NCBI GenBank assembly: GCA_009926065.1 | Contig: RFPP01000002.1 | Location: 29,713-93,712, forward strand | Length of the DNA: 64,000 nucleotides | DNA from: Flavobacteriaceae bacterium | GTDB taxonomy: Bacteria > Bacteroidota > Bacteroidia > Flavobacteriales > Flavobacteriaceae | Direction: 5' to 3' | Shown: positions 38,216 through 48,079 of the stretch, in pieces | Layout of the letters: each line of letters starts with the position of its first letter | Numbering within the stretch: position 1 is the first letter of the stretch | The notes under the pieces: generated by a model | The model's input: only the letters and a program-made list of their open reading frames with translations | What the model was told of the DNA's origin: nothing | Databases searched by the model: none | Position numbers and translations under genes: made by a program

Positions 38216-38223
38216 CAAAGTTA
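38216..38223 (-). promoter_or_regulatory. Putative -7 box (TAACTTTG)
   Basis: CAAAGTTA on the + strand, 23 nt upstream of ATG 38193. Confidence 0.5.
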
Positions 38224-38278
38224 AAATTAAATTTCAGATTTCGATTTCCCATTTCCGATTTGTTAATAAGATTTTTTT

Positions 38279-38363
38279 TAGGAGCTAATCCGGCTATCAT
38301 TCCAAATCCGCTTTATTTTTGCTTACGCAAAATAAAGCGGGATTTTCCCTTCTATCCGGGCTA
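38279..38363 (-). ncRNA. Structured intergenic repeat, copy C (probable Flavo-1 family)
   Basis: Reverse complement TAGCCCGGATAGAAGGGAAAATCC(C)GCTTTATTTTGC-GTAA-GCAAAAATAAAGCGGATTTGGAATGATAGCCGGATTAGCTCCTA. Confidence 0.72.
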
Positions 38364-38481
38364 AAAATAATGATGATTTTTTTATTTTATATTCAAATTA
38401 TTTCAAACAATACTACTTCAATTTTGAAATAAAAAGTGAGTGCTTTGATAATATAATTACCAATAGAAAGTTGTCTTATAA

Positions 38482-38520
38482 AATGAAAAAGTAACCGATT
38501 TTAAAAACTGGATTGGTTAA
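38482..38520 (-). terminator. Possible terminator downstream of the CDP-alcohol phosphatidyltransferase gene
   Basis: Imperfect TAACCAAT / ATCGGTTA stem followed by CTTTTTCATTTT on the minus strand. Confidence 0.4.
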
Positions 38521-38613
38521 AAATTTATTTAACTTTTTTATTTAATTAATTTACTTTAAAATACTGAAAAACAATTTTTTAAATTACCACTATCAATTTA
38601 TTCTATAGTGATT

Positions 38614-39387
38614 TTACGCCTTAAAAAACGTTTTTCGAATGCCAATTATTACAAAAATAAAGAAGGTGTAAAAAATAAAAAAAGGAATAATATATTCAAT
38701 CAAATTCATCGGTAACATTAACGCAATAATTAGTAATTGAAAACCCAATCCGTAAATGGATAAAAACGTCATAAACCAATTTGGAAACGTTTTTACTTTA
38801 TAAGCTTCAGGATCTAAAAAGTGAATTATCTTATCAAAAGTTCCGTAAACCAAGGTGTAAATTTTAAACAAAATATCAACCGATTTTTGTGTTTCTCCGG
38901 GTAAAGCTCTTGGTGATTTATACTCAAAAATTTTACTTGTGGTATCTCCACCCACCGATTTATTTCTTAAAATCACATAGTAATAATTGTATAAAGTACC
39001 TTGTAATTGAATGCCAATAAATGCCAAAATGGTTAACCAAATTGTCGTTTTTGAGACATAACAAATGGTCACAAGAATCATGAAATTTAAGACAATATCA
39101 AAAACACTATCGAGGTATCTTCCTACATAAGAAGGTGTGTTTTTTAGCCGTGCTAATTCACCATCAGCGGCATCAATTGCCGATTTTAAAACAATAAAGA
39201 AACCTGCCCAGAAATAATGGTTTTGTAAGATACAAACTATCGAAATTAGTCCTGAAAGACCAAACATTAACGTTACGTGAATAGGAGTGAAGCGGGTGTT
39301 CTTTAGCTGATTGGCGATTAATTTTCCAACTGGCCTTCCATAATCTGATAGATCTAAGAACTTATCTTTTTTTAATAGTTTAGACAT
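38614..39387 (-). CDS. CDP-alcohol phosphatidyltransferase family protein
   Basis: IDAADGELAR...GRYLDSVFD signature (DxxDGxxAR...GxxxDxxxD). Confidence 0.9.
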   Translation of the reverse strand: MSKLLKKDKFLDLSDYGRPVGKLIANQLKNTRFTPIHVTLMFGLSGLISIVCILQNHYFWAGFFIVLKSAIDAADGELARLKNTPSYVGRYLDSVFDIVLNFMILVTICYVSKTTIWLTILAFIGIQLQGTLYNYYYVILRNKSVGGDTTSKIFEYKSPRALPGETQKSVDILFKIYTLVYGTFDKIIHFLDPEAYKVKTFPNWFMTFLSIYGLGFQLLIIALMLPMNLIEYIIPFFIFYTFFIFVIIGIRKTFFKA

Positions 39388-39431
39388 TTATAGTAATCAA
39401 AACAAAGAAATGCGACAATATAGTCTTGGTA

Positions 39432-40448
39432 TTATTTTGTATTTTTTTTACTGTTTTCTAATAATAAATAGAGTTGTAAACCAAAAATAATAGTAGCAAT
39501 TACAATATGTACCGTTTGTGATCCAAAAGGAAAATTGAAATAGAACATTGTTATTCCTGATAAAATTTCTACACAAAGTAAAGATATTACCCAATTAATT
39601 TTATAAAACCCTAATTTTAATTCCTTATTTTTCCAAAACAAAAACAAGTTGGTAAATAGAACTACTATCGAAAAACTTCGGTGCATGTAGAAACCTCCTT
39701 TAGGATTTTGTAACCAAACTTCCTCTGGTAAACCAGCTTCTACAATGGTGTCAACTGATTCTCGAACCTGAGTTCCAAAAATGATTTGAGCAATTGTTAA
39801 TCCTAATGCAGCTATTAAAACCCATTTGAATTCAGCACTGAAGGTTCTTTTCTTATGCTTTTCTTGAACGGAATAAATCACAAACAACTGAACTGCAACA
39901 ATTAGTAAAGCGGCAAGCATGTGAGTGGTTATTTTATAAGGGTTTAACACAGAATCAACAACTGTTTTTCCAAGCCATGCTTGGAATCCCATTAAGAAAC
40001 AAATCAATAAACTAAGAAAAACCAACTTTTTATTTTCTTTCCAATATCCAAAGGAGAAAAACAAAGTAACAAGACAGGCTAAACCTGCCAAAGCACCTAT
40101 TAAACGGTTAATATATTCTACCCAAGTGTGCAACGGATTGAAAATTGCATATTCATGCTTGGTGTATTTTTCCCAATGTATATTTTCAAAATTATTTGAA
40201 GCAACAAAACGATCTTTAGCGACTAATAGTTTTTCATCTTTGATAATTACTTGCCCTTTTGAATATTCTTTTCCTGGGGTATATAATAGTTCTTTAGCTT
40301 CGGTTGGTGGAATGTAGTATCCAAAGCACTTTGGCCAATCAGGGCAGCCCATTCCAGAGCCAGTCATCCTAACTAATGCGCCAGCAACAATAACAAAATA
40401 TACTAAAATTAAAGAAGCTTTTGCCCAAGAAATAAAATATTTTCTCAT
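39432..40448 (-). CDS. ctaA: Heme A synthase COX15/CtaA
   Basis: GSGMGCPDWPKCFG, WVEYINRL, HMLAAL, HRSFS, HIVIA. Confidence 0.9.
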   Translation of the reverse strand: MRKYFISWAKASLILVYFVIVAGALVRMTGSGMGCPDWPKCFGYYIPPTEAKELLYTPGKEYSKGQVIIKDEKLLVAKDRFVASNNFENIHWEKYTKHEYAIFNPLHTWVEYINRLIGALAGLACLVTLFFSFGYWKENKKLVFLSLLICFLMGFQAWLGKTVVDSVLNPYKITTHMLAALLIVAVQLFVIYSVQEKHKKRTFSAEFKWVLIAALGLTIAQIIFGTQVRESVDTIVEAGLPEEVWLQNPKGGFYMHRSFSIVVLFTNLFLFWKNKELKLGFYKINWVISLLCVEILSGITMFYFNFPFGSQTVHIVIATIIFGLQLYLLLENSKKNTK

Positions 40449-40455
40449 TATTTTT

Positions 40456-41868
40456 CTAGTTTTTTAAACCCAATTTTTCAGCTTTTTTTATCATAAATTC
40501 AAAGGCTTCATCATATTCATTTGCAATTTCCCCTTCCAAAATAGCTTCTTTTATAGCTTCTTTCAAAACTCCAATTACTTTAGAAGGCTTTAAATTGAAT
40601 AACTTCATGATTTCTTCACCAGTAATAGGTGGTTGAAAATTTCTTATATGATCACGTTCTTCAACTTCTATAATTTTTTTGCGAACAATTTCAAAATTAT
40701 TATGATATTTCTTAAATTTCTTTGGATTTTTAGTAGTAATATCTGCTTCACACAATGTCATTAAATCATCAACATCTTCACCAGCATCAAAAATTAGTCT
40801 TCGAACTGCTGAATCCGTAACTACATCTTCTGAAAGCACAATTGGTCGAGAACTCATCATTACCATTTTTTGTACAAATTTCATTTTTTGATTGAGCGGC
40901 ATATGAAGTCGTTCAAATATTTTTTTTACCATTTTTCCACCTAAAAACTCATGTCCATGGAAGGTCCAACCATGTTTTTTATTAAATTTTTTAGTAGGAG
41001 CTTTTCCAATATCATGTAATAATGCCGACCAACGCAACCAAACATCATCGGTATTTTGACAAATATTATCAACTACTTCCAAGGTATGATAAAAATTGTT
41101 TTTATGAGACTGTCCTTCTATTTCTTCAACGTGATTCAAGGCGGTTAGTTCAGGCAAAATAATATCCAAAAGCCCAGTATTATATAGTAAAAGAAATCCA
41201 ATTGAAGGTCTATCAGTAGATAAAATTTTGTTTAATTCTTCTACAATTCTTTCGCCAGTAATTATATTTATTCTATCTTTATTTTTAGCAATTGATAGCA
41301 GAGATTTTTCTTCAATTTCAAACATTAATTGATTTGCAAAACGGATTCCCCTTAGCATTCGTAATGGATCATCAGAATAGGTAATATCGGGGTCAAGGGG
41401 AGTTTTGATGATTTTATTCTTCAAATCTTCCAATCCGTTAAATGGATCTAATAAATCACCATAATTGTTCATATTCAAAGAAATCGCAAGAGCATTTATG
41501 GTAAAATCACGACGGTTTTGATCGTCCTCTAAAGTTCCGTTTTCAACAACGGGATTTCTGCTGTCAAAATGATATGATTCTTTCCGAGCACCTACAAATT
41601 CAATTTCGGTGTCTTCAAAACGCAGCATTGCGGTCCCATAGGTTTTGAAAATTTGAACTTTTGGTTTTTTAGGAAGCATTTCAGAAACTTTTAATGCCAA
41701 CTCAATTCCACTTCCGAGGGCAACAATATCAATATCTTTTTTTAATTCTTGTCCTAATAAATAATCACGAACATAGCCGCCTATAACGTAGCTTTCTATG
41801 TTTAGTTCTTGTGAAGCTCTAGAAATCACTTCGAATATTTTGTTATTTAAGGCCGATTTGTAATTCAT
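40456..41868 (-). CDS. cca: CCA tRNA nucleotidyltransferase with HD domain
   Basis: IGGYVRD, DIDIV, RRDFTINA, DDPLRMLRG, ERIVEEL, LLHDIGK. Confidence 0.92.
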   Translation of the reverse strand: MNYKSALNNKIFEVISRASQELNIESYVIGGYVRDYLLGQELKKDIDIVALGSGIELALKVSEMLPKKPKVQIFKTYGTAMLRFEDTEIEFVGARKESYHFDSRNPVVENGTLEDDQNRRDFTINALAISLNMNNYGDLLDPFNGLEDLKNKIIKTPLDPDITYSDDPLRMLRGIRFANQLMFEIEEKSLLSIAKNKDRINIITGERIVEELNKILSTDRPSIGFLLLYNTGLLDIILPELTALNHVEEIEGQSHKNNFYHTLEVVDNICQNTDDVWLRWSALLHDIGKAPTKKFNKKHGWTFHGHEFLGGKMVKKIFERLHMPLNQKMKFVQKMVMMSSRPIVLSEDVVTDSAVRRLIFDAGEDVDDLMTLCEADITTKNPKKFKKYHNNFEIVRKKIIEVEERDHIRNFQPPITGEEIMKLFNLKPSKVIGVLKEAIKEAILEGEIANEYDEAFEFMIKKAEKLGLKN

Positions 41869-41900
41869 GCTTTAATTTGAAAAATTTTCAAATTATTTTT

Positions 41901-42473
41901 TTACTTTCTAATGATTTTTACTTGGGAATCATTTGTCAATTTTATAATCGTTGACGGTTTTCCTGCAATTTTATCTTGGTGCAAATTTACAACATAGTCT
42001 ACACCTTTAATAATTTCTTGACTAATATCTTTAAATGAAATTGGGGAAGGTTGTCCGGAAATATTTGCAGATGTTGAAACTAATGGCTTTTTCATTTTCT
42101 CCATTAATTTGAAGCAAAACGGTTCTTTTACTAATCGAATTCCTAATGTTTTATCAGATGCGATTAAATTGGCTGCTACATTTCTGGGTTCATCCAAAAT
42201 AATTGTAGTTGGCTTTTCTGATAAATCAATAATTTGCCATGCCACTTCTGGAACTTCCTTAAAAACATTGTAAATCATTTTATCTCCATTCATCAAAACG
42301 ATCATACTTTTTGATTCTTCACGCTGTTTTAATCGGTAAATTTTAGCCACAGCGTCAGGATTTGTAGCATCGCAACCAATTCCCCAAACAGTATCTGTTG
42401 GATAAAGAATTATTCCGCCTACTTTGATTATTTCGAACGCTTTATTAATTTCTTGATTGATATCTGAATTCAT
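41901..42473 (-). CDS. tsaC: L-threonylcarbamoyladenylate synthase (TsaC/Sua5/YrdC)
   Basis: YPTDTVWGIGC, KLKQR, STSANISG. Confidence 0.92.
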   Translation of the reverse strand: MNSDINQEINKAFEIIKVGGIILYPTDTVWGIGCDATNPDAVAKIYRLKQREESKSMIVLMNGDKMIYNVFKEVPEVAWQIIDLSEKPTTIILDEPRNVAANLIASDKTLGIRLVKEPFCFKLMEKMKKPLVSTSANISGQPSPISFKDISQEIIKGVDYVVNLHQDKIAGKPSTIIKLTNDSQVKIIRK

Positions 42474-42489
42474 TATTTGAAAATTTCAG

Positions 42490-42572
42490 CAAATATATTA
42501 CTAAATTCCTATAGATACCCAACCTTTTTTGATTGAATCGTATTGTTATTTTTATTAATTAAATTACATTTG
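42490..42572. promoter_or_regulatory. Divergent promoter pair (-7 boxes TATATTTG on - at 42490-42497; TACATTTG on + at 42565-42572)
   Basis: Two exact TAnnTTTG boxes between divergent tsaC and the glycan operon. Confidence 0.5.
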
Positions 42573-42643
42573 CTACAATATTTAAGAACTAGTATTATTT
42601 TCATAATAGTAGCTTTTAAACATTTCTTAGCAACGATAAAATA

Positions 42644-43435
42644 ATGATAGGAATAACAGGAGCTAGAGGCGTTTTAGGAAAAATTATTTGTCAAAAATTA
42701 AAAAGTCAAAATATAGATTTTTCAATTTTTAACGATGATATTCGAAATGAAAATGCTGTTTATGAATGGCTAAAATCAGATGAAATTACTTATATAATTC
42801 ATTTAGCATCAAAAGTTGCTGTTTCTGACGTTGAAAATAATATCTCTGAAGCTTATGAAGTAAATGTTTCAGGAACTATTAATTTGATAAAAGCAATAGG
42901 CAAAATAAACAAATCAATCGGAGTTTTTTACGCGAGTACAAGCCATGTGTATGAAAGTTCTGCTTTGCCATTGAAAGAAACTGATGTTATCAATCCTATT
43001 AATTCTTATGGCTTAACCAAAAGAATTTCAGAATTACTTTTACTAGATTACAGTAAAAAAAATAAGACTATAAATTTATGCATTGGAAGGATATTTAGCT
43101 TCTATCATGAATCACAAAATCCACCATTTTTATATCCAAATTTGCTTAACAGATTTAAAAATGAAGATTTATCAAAACCGTTTAAATTATTTGGTGCATA
43201 CTCCACACGAGATTTTTTAAATGCTGAATCCGTTTGCGACAGAATTATCGATTTAGTTAAAATTAATCATGTTGGAATTGTAAATATTGCCTCTGGAAAA
43301 TCGACTAAAATTATAGATTTTGTGAAAAGTATTTCGCCGGTAGATTTGACTTTTGATATAGATGATTCAGAAAAAATAAATCATTTAAATGCCGATATTT
43401 CTTTGTTAAATAAAATTCTTAATACCAATGAATAA
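42644..43435 (+). CDS. NAD(P)-dependent epimerase/reductase (extended SDR)
   Basis: ITGARGVLG, IIHLAS, YASTSHVY, YGLTK (YxxxK). Confidence 0.85.
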   Translation: MIGITGARGVLGKIICQKLKSQNIDFSIFNDDIRNENAVYEWLKSDEITYIIHLASKVAVSDVENNISEAYEVNVSGTINLIKAIGKINKSIGVFYASTSHVYESSALPLKETDVINPINSYGLTKRISELLLLDYSKKNKTINLCIGRIFSFYHESQNPPFLYPNLLNRFKNEDLSKPFKLFGAYSTRDFLNAESVCDRIIDLVKINHVGIVNIASGKSTKIIDFVKSISPVDLTFDIDDSEKINHLNADISLLNKILNTNE

Positions 43436-44258
43436 AAACGTTTCTATAATAATTCCAACTTTCAATAGAGCCGATTTTTTGATTGAATGTATCGATTCTT
43501 GTCTTGCTCAAACGCAACCTTGTGAAATCATTGTTTGTGATCACGGAAGTACCGATACTACTCCTGAAGTGGTTAAAAAATATGGAGATAAAATAAAATA
43601 CATTCGTAGAGAATTGGATTCAGGAGTTCATTTTTGTTGGCTTGACGGAATTTTACATGCAACAAATGAACTTATTCATATCAATTATGATGACGATTGG
43701 ATTTATCCAACTTATATTGAAGAATGCCTACAATTATTTCATGAAAATGTTGGTTGCGTTTTTTCTGACGCTATTGCTTATCACCACGATGAAAAGAAAT
43801 TTGGGCGAACTTTATTTAATTTAACCAATAGTTCGGGAGTTTTTTCTACAAAATCACTGCTTAACTTTAATATTAAAAAATTAACTTCGCCAGGAGCTGG
43901 AATTTTCAGAAAACAAATTTTGTTAGATTCATTATTTGTTGGAAAAGTACCTTTTTCTAAAAATCATTACCACGGAGTAGGTCCAGATATATTATTTTCA
44001 ATGATGAGCTGTATAGATTATAAGTATTTTGGATATGTAAACAAGCCTTTAGCAGTTTTTAGAGTTCATGAGAATTCTATAACAATAGATGCTGCTTCTG
44101 ACCAGAAAAAACAACATAAAATTAAAATAGCTTATCAAGACGCGCGATTTTTTTATTTTATTACTAAATTCATCGAAAACTTTAAAATATATTATTTAGC
44201 AAAATACTATTACAAAATAAAAAAGAACTTTATTAAATTAGAAAAAAATAAAAATTAA
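43428..44258 (+). CDS. Glycosyltransferase family 2
   Basis: SIIIPTFNR, VCDHGSTD, INYDDD, GVGPD. Confidence 0.88.
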   Translation: MNKNVSIIIPTFNRADFLIECIDSCLAQTQPCEIIVCDHGSTDTTPEVVKKYGDKIKYIRRELDSGVHFCWLDGILHATNELIHINYDDDWIYPTYIEECLQLFHENVGCVFSDAIAYHHDEKKFGRTLFNLTNSSGVFSTKSLLNFNIKKLTSPGAGIFRKQILLDSLFVGKVPFSKNHYHGVGPDILFSMMSCIDYKYFGYVNKPLAVFRVHENSITIDAASDQKKQHKIKIAYQDARFFYFITKFIENFKIYYLAKYYYKIKKNFIKLEKNKN

Positions 44259-44262
44259 TATA

Positions 44263-45426
44263 ATGATCAGATTAGCCGAAAATACAATAACTCACGAGGA
44301 ATTATTAGCTTTAAGCGAATGGATTCCTAATTCCCCACAATTAACAAAAGGACCTTTAGTAATTGAATTTGAAAAAAAATTCGCAAGTTTTACCGGGACT
44401 AAGCATTGTGTGATGGTTAACAGCGGATCTTCAGCAAATTTATTGATGGCTTATTCACTTTTGGAAGGGAATTATCTAAAAAATAAAAAAGTGGTGGTGC
44501 CCGCAATTAGTTGGATTACAACACTTTCTCCTTTTTTGCAATTTGGCTTCGATGTATTATTATGCGATAGTAATAATGTTAATTTAGGTTTAGATACTCA
44601 AAAACTTGAGGAAATATTTATTAAAGAAAAACCAGCTCTATTGATTTTGGTGCATGTATTAGCACATTTAAATGACATGGAAGAAATTAATAGACTTTGT
44701 GAAAAATACGATGTGTTGTTAATTGAAGACGCTTGTGAAGCCCTTGGCACCTCTGATATTAATGGGAAAAAAGCTGGTAATTTATCTTTGGCAGGTTCTT
44801 TTTCATTCTATTATGGTCACCATATTTCAACAATAGAGGGAGGTGCTGTCACAACAAACGATACAAAATTGTATAATTTAATGCTTTCAATTCGTTCTCA
44901 CGGTTGGTCTAGAGATGTCGATTCTAATTTTAAAGATCAATGGAAAAAAGAGTTTAATATCGATGATGTTCGAGAATTTTATACATTTTATTATCCAGGA
45001 TTTAATTTAAGATCTACAGATTTAAATGCCTTTATCGGTATAAGTCAATTGGATAAAATGGATGAGATTATTAAAGTTCGAGAAAATAATTTTAATTTTT
45101 ACAACAAGTATTTAGAGGGAAAATACTGGAAACAGGAAAGTAAATTTTCTAAATTATCCTCGTTTGCTTATGGAACTATTGTAGAAAATAGAATGGAAGT
45201 TTTCAATCATTTGAAGAAAAATAATATTGAAGTTAGACCTTTAATTTGTGGAAGCATGGGAAAACAGCCTTTTTGGATTAAAAAATTTGGGCATACACCC
45301 TTGGAAGTTGCCGATGTAATTCATGATTACGGACTTTATTTACCAAATCATTTGTATTTGGATGAAGAGAAAATAAAATTTGTTTGCGATAAATTCAAAG
45401 AAGTTGCGGTACCTAAATTCTTTTAA
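44263..45426 (+). CDS. PLP-dependent nucleotide-sugar 3-dehydratase, ColD-like (DegT/DnrJ fold)
   Basis: NSGSSANL, EDACEA, SFYYGHHISTIEGG with His rather than Lys at the PLP position, GFNLR, EVRPLICG; 387 aa. Confidence 0.78.
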   Translation: MIRLAENTITHEELLALSEWIPNSPQLTKGPLVIEFEKKFASFTGTKHCVMVNSGSSANLLMAYSLLEGNYLKNKKVVVPAISWITTLSPFLQFGFDVLLCDSNNVNLGLDTQKLEEIFIKEKPALLILVHVLAHLNDMEEINRLCEKYDVLLIEDACEALGTSDINGKKAGNLSLAGSFSFYYGHHISTIEGGAVTTNDTKLYNLMLSIRSHGWSRDVDSNFKDQWKKEFNIDDVREFYTFYYPGFNLRSTDLNAFIGISQLDKMDEIIKVRENNFNFYNKYLEGKYWKQESKFSKLSSFAYGTIVENRMEVFNHLKKNNIEVRPLICGSMGKQPFWIKKFGHTPLEVADVIHDYGLYLPNHLYLDEEKIKFVCDKFKEVAVPKFF

Positions 45427-45497
45427 TTTCGGACTATTCAACTTAATTTTTATTAGGTTTCGACTTATATCTTCATTTTATTTTTAATAAATAATCT

Positions 45498-46316
45498 ATG
45501 ACTAAAATATCAATAATTACTATTAATTATAATGACAAAATTGGTTTGTCAAAAACAATAAATAGTGTGCTAAATCAAAGTTGGCAAAAATTTGAATTTA
45601 TCGTAATTGATGGTGGAAGTAACGATGGGGGTCTTGAAGTAATCGAGCAATTTAAAGATAAAATTGATTATTGGGTAAGTGAACCTGACAAAGGTGTTTA
45701 TAATGCTATGAATAAAGGCATAAAAGTTGCCAAAGGGGAATATTTAATTTTTATGAATAGTGGCGATACTTTTTATGATGATCAAGTATTAGAAAAAATA
45801 GAAAACCAACTTACAGACGAATTTGATATTTATTATGGCGATTATTATAGAGTTTACAGTAATTCCACCAAAAAAAGAACATTTCCCGAAAAACTATCTT
45901 TTTCATTTTTTTATTCGAGTTCATTAAGTCATCAATCTTCAGTTATAAGGAGAAAATTATTTTTCGATATTTTCTTGTACAATGAAGAATATAAAATTGC
46001 TTCAGATTGGGAATTTTTTATTTATGCAATTTGTCATAAAAACGTCCCTTATAAATATTTAAATCTTACAATTAGTAATTTTGATTTCAGTGGAATTTCA
46101 TCAATTGGTAAATTCAAAGATCTTGATAAGGAAGAACGCGCTAAAACAATTAATAAGTATTTTCCTCTTTTTGTAGATGATTATACACAAGTTTCTGAGC
46201 TTAATTCAAAACGCTTTAAACAAATTTTTCATATTCAAAATTATTCAAAAGCCTGGAAATTTTTAAAAATGATGATCAGTTTTACGCTGTTATTTGTTCC
46301 TAAAATTAAGAAATAA
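45498..46316 (+). CDS. Glycosyltransferase family 2 (WcaE-like)
   Basis: SIITINYN, IDGGSNDG, GVYNAMNKG, MNSGD, ASDWEF. Confidence 0.9.
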   Translation: MTKISIITINYNDKIGLSKTINSVLNQSWQKFEFIVIDGGSNDGGLEVIEQFKDKIDYWVSEPDKGVYNAMNKGIKVAKGEYLIFMNSGDTFYDDQVLEKIENQLTDEFDIYYGDYYRVYSNSTKKRTFPEKLSFSFFYSSSLSHQSSVIRRKLFFDIFLYNEEYKIASDWEFFIYAICHKNVPYKYLNLTISNFDFSGISSIGKFKDLDKEERAKTINKYFPLFVDDYTQVSELNSKRFKQIFHIQNYSKAWKFLKMMISFTLLFVPKIKK

Positions 46317-46352
46317 AGCATATTTTTTGGAAATAAATTATAACTATAAAAG

Positions 46353-47225
46353 ATGAAAAAAATACATGTAGGTTTTTTATTTTCATATGATTATGAGAAA
46401 TTAAAAAATTCTATTCCACCAGTTTATAATTCTGCCGATGCTATTTTTATTGCTATTGATAAGGATTATAGAACTTGGTCTGGTCAAAAATTTGATGTTG
46501 ATGAATCTTTTTTTGAGTGGCTAAATAATTTTGATATAGATAATAAAATTACTTTATACCGTGATGATTTCTATGTACCTGAATTATCAGCAATTGAAAA
46601 TGACAATAGAGAAAGACACATGCTTTCTTTAAAAATGGGAATTGGGAATTGGTTAGTTCAAGTTGATGCCGATGAAATATTTATAAACTTTGAAAAATTT
46701 GTCAAGGAACTAAGAAAACGCAATAAATATCTTGATAATCCTAAGAAAACTCCAATACAAATTGCTGCATTTTTAGTCCATTTGTATAAGTTCACCGAAA
46801 ATGGAATTTTATATGTAAATGCACCTCATAAGTTTATGTTGGCAACTAATTTTCCAAACTATAAATGTGCAAGACAAACTAAAGAGCGAATTATTTATAC
46901 CAATACCATTTTGCTTCATGAAACGTTGTGTAGAACCGAAGAGGAATTGCGTTTTAAAATTGAAAATTGGGGTCACAATGTCGATGTAAACGATACCTTC
47001 ATGGAGAAATGGTTAGCCGTAAACGAAACAAATTATAAAGAGTTTGAAAATTTTTATTTTATAGAACCTGACAGATGGAAGAAATTAGGATATTTAAATT
47101 CAAAAGATTTTAATGAGATCATGTACATAGCTGAAAATGATAAGAATTTTAATATTTCAAAAACCTTTCTATTTTTCAAGAATTTTGGGCAGTGGTTTAA
47201 GCATTTTATAAAAATTAAATTTTAA
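46353..47225 (+). CDS. Hypothetical GT-A-like protein
   Basis: 290 aa with QVDADEIF DxD motif; embedded in the glycan operon. Confidence 0.55.
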   Translation: MKKIHVGFLFSYDYEKLKNSIPPVYNSADAIFIAIDKDYRTWSGQKFDVDESFFEWLNNFDIDNKITLYRDDFYVPELSAIENDNRERHMLSLKMGIGNWLVQVDADEIFINFEKFVKELRKRNKYLDNPKKTPIQIAAFLVHLYKFTENGILYVNAPHKFMLATNFPNYKCARQTKERIIYTNTILLHETLCRTEEELRFKIENWGHNVDVNDTFMEKWLAVNETNYKEFENFYFIEPDRWKKLGYLNSKDFNEIMYIAENDKNFNISKTFLFFKNFGQWFKHFIKIKF

Positions 47226-47270
47226 ATTCATTTCACGATTAGTATATATTTTGTACTTAAATAATTAATA

Positions 47271-48041
47271 TTGAAAACAGCAATTTATTTTAATTCAGAA
47301 TACTTATCAATTAAAAAAGAGATATTTAATATTATTGAAAATTTCAATAATTCAGGATTGATTTTTGGTGATGGAAATAGAAATATTATTAAGATTTTTG
47401 AATTAAATTCCACCAAAATAAATATAAAATCATTCAAAAAACCACATCTACTCAATTCAATAATCTATAAGTATATTAGAAAATCGAAAGCTAGGCGTTC
47501 ATTTGAATATGCCAATAGATTATTAGCAAATCAAATTGGTACTCCACAACCGATAGCTTATTTTGAGTACACAAACTTATATGGATTAAAAAGCAGCTTC
47601 TATGTAAGTGAACATTTAGAGTGCGATTTAACATTCAGAGAATTAGTTCAAATTCCTGAATTTCCCAATCATGAGATAATTTTAAGACAATTTACTCGTT
47701 TTTCTTATTTGTTACACCAAAAAGGAATTGAGTTTTTAGATCATTCACCTGGAAATACTTTGATTAAAAAGAATGAAAATGGAAGTTATGATTTTTTCTT
47801 GGTCGATTTAAATAGAATGACATTTCACCAAAATATGTCTTTCCATAGTCGAATGAAAAATCTATGTCGATTGACTTACAAAGAGGAAATGGTTAAAATA
47901 ATGAGTAATGAATATGCTATAGTTTCTGGAGAATCAGAAGATATAATCTTTCGAACACTTTGGAAAATGACTACTGATTTTCAAAATCAATACTTTAGAA
48001 AAAGAAGATTGAAAAAGAAATTGAAATTTTGGAAGAAATAG
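47271..48041 (+). CDS. Lipopolysaccharide kinase, Kdo/WaaP/InaA family
   Basis: TTG start; KARRSFEYA, GTPQPIAY, LDHSPGN catalytic loop, LVDLNR metal-binding loop. Confidence 0.82.
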   Translation: MKTAIYFNSEYLSIKKEIFNIIENFNNSGLIFGDGNRNIIKIFELNSTKINIKSFKKPHLLNSIIYKYIRKSKARRSFEYANRLLANQIGTPQPIAYFEYTNLYGLKSSFYVSEHLECDLTFRELVQIPEFPNHEIILRQFTRFSYLLHQKGIEFLDHSPGNTLIKKNENGSYDFFLVDLNRMTFHQNMSFHSRMKNLCRLTYKEEMVKIMSNEYAIVSGESEDIIFRTLWKMTTDFQNQYFRKRRLKKKLKFWKK

Positions 48042-48079
48042 TAGTGAAAAAATAGTATTTTCACTTTTCAAAAGTAAAA

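Noticed and set aside
38371-38433. 20-codon ORF (MMIFLFYIQI...) next to repeat copy C
   Set aside because: Low-complexity AT-rich sequence with no promoter or conservation evidence.
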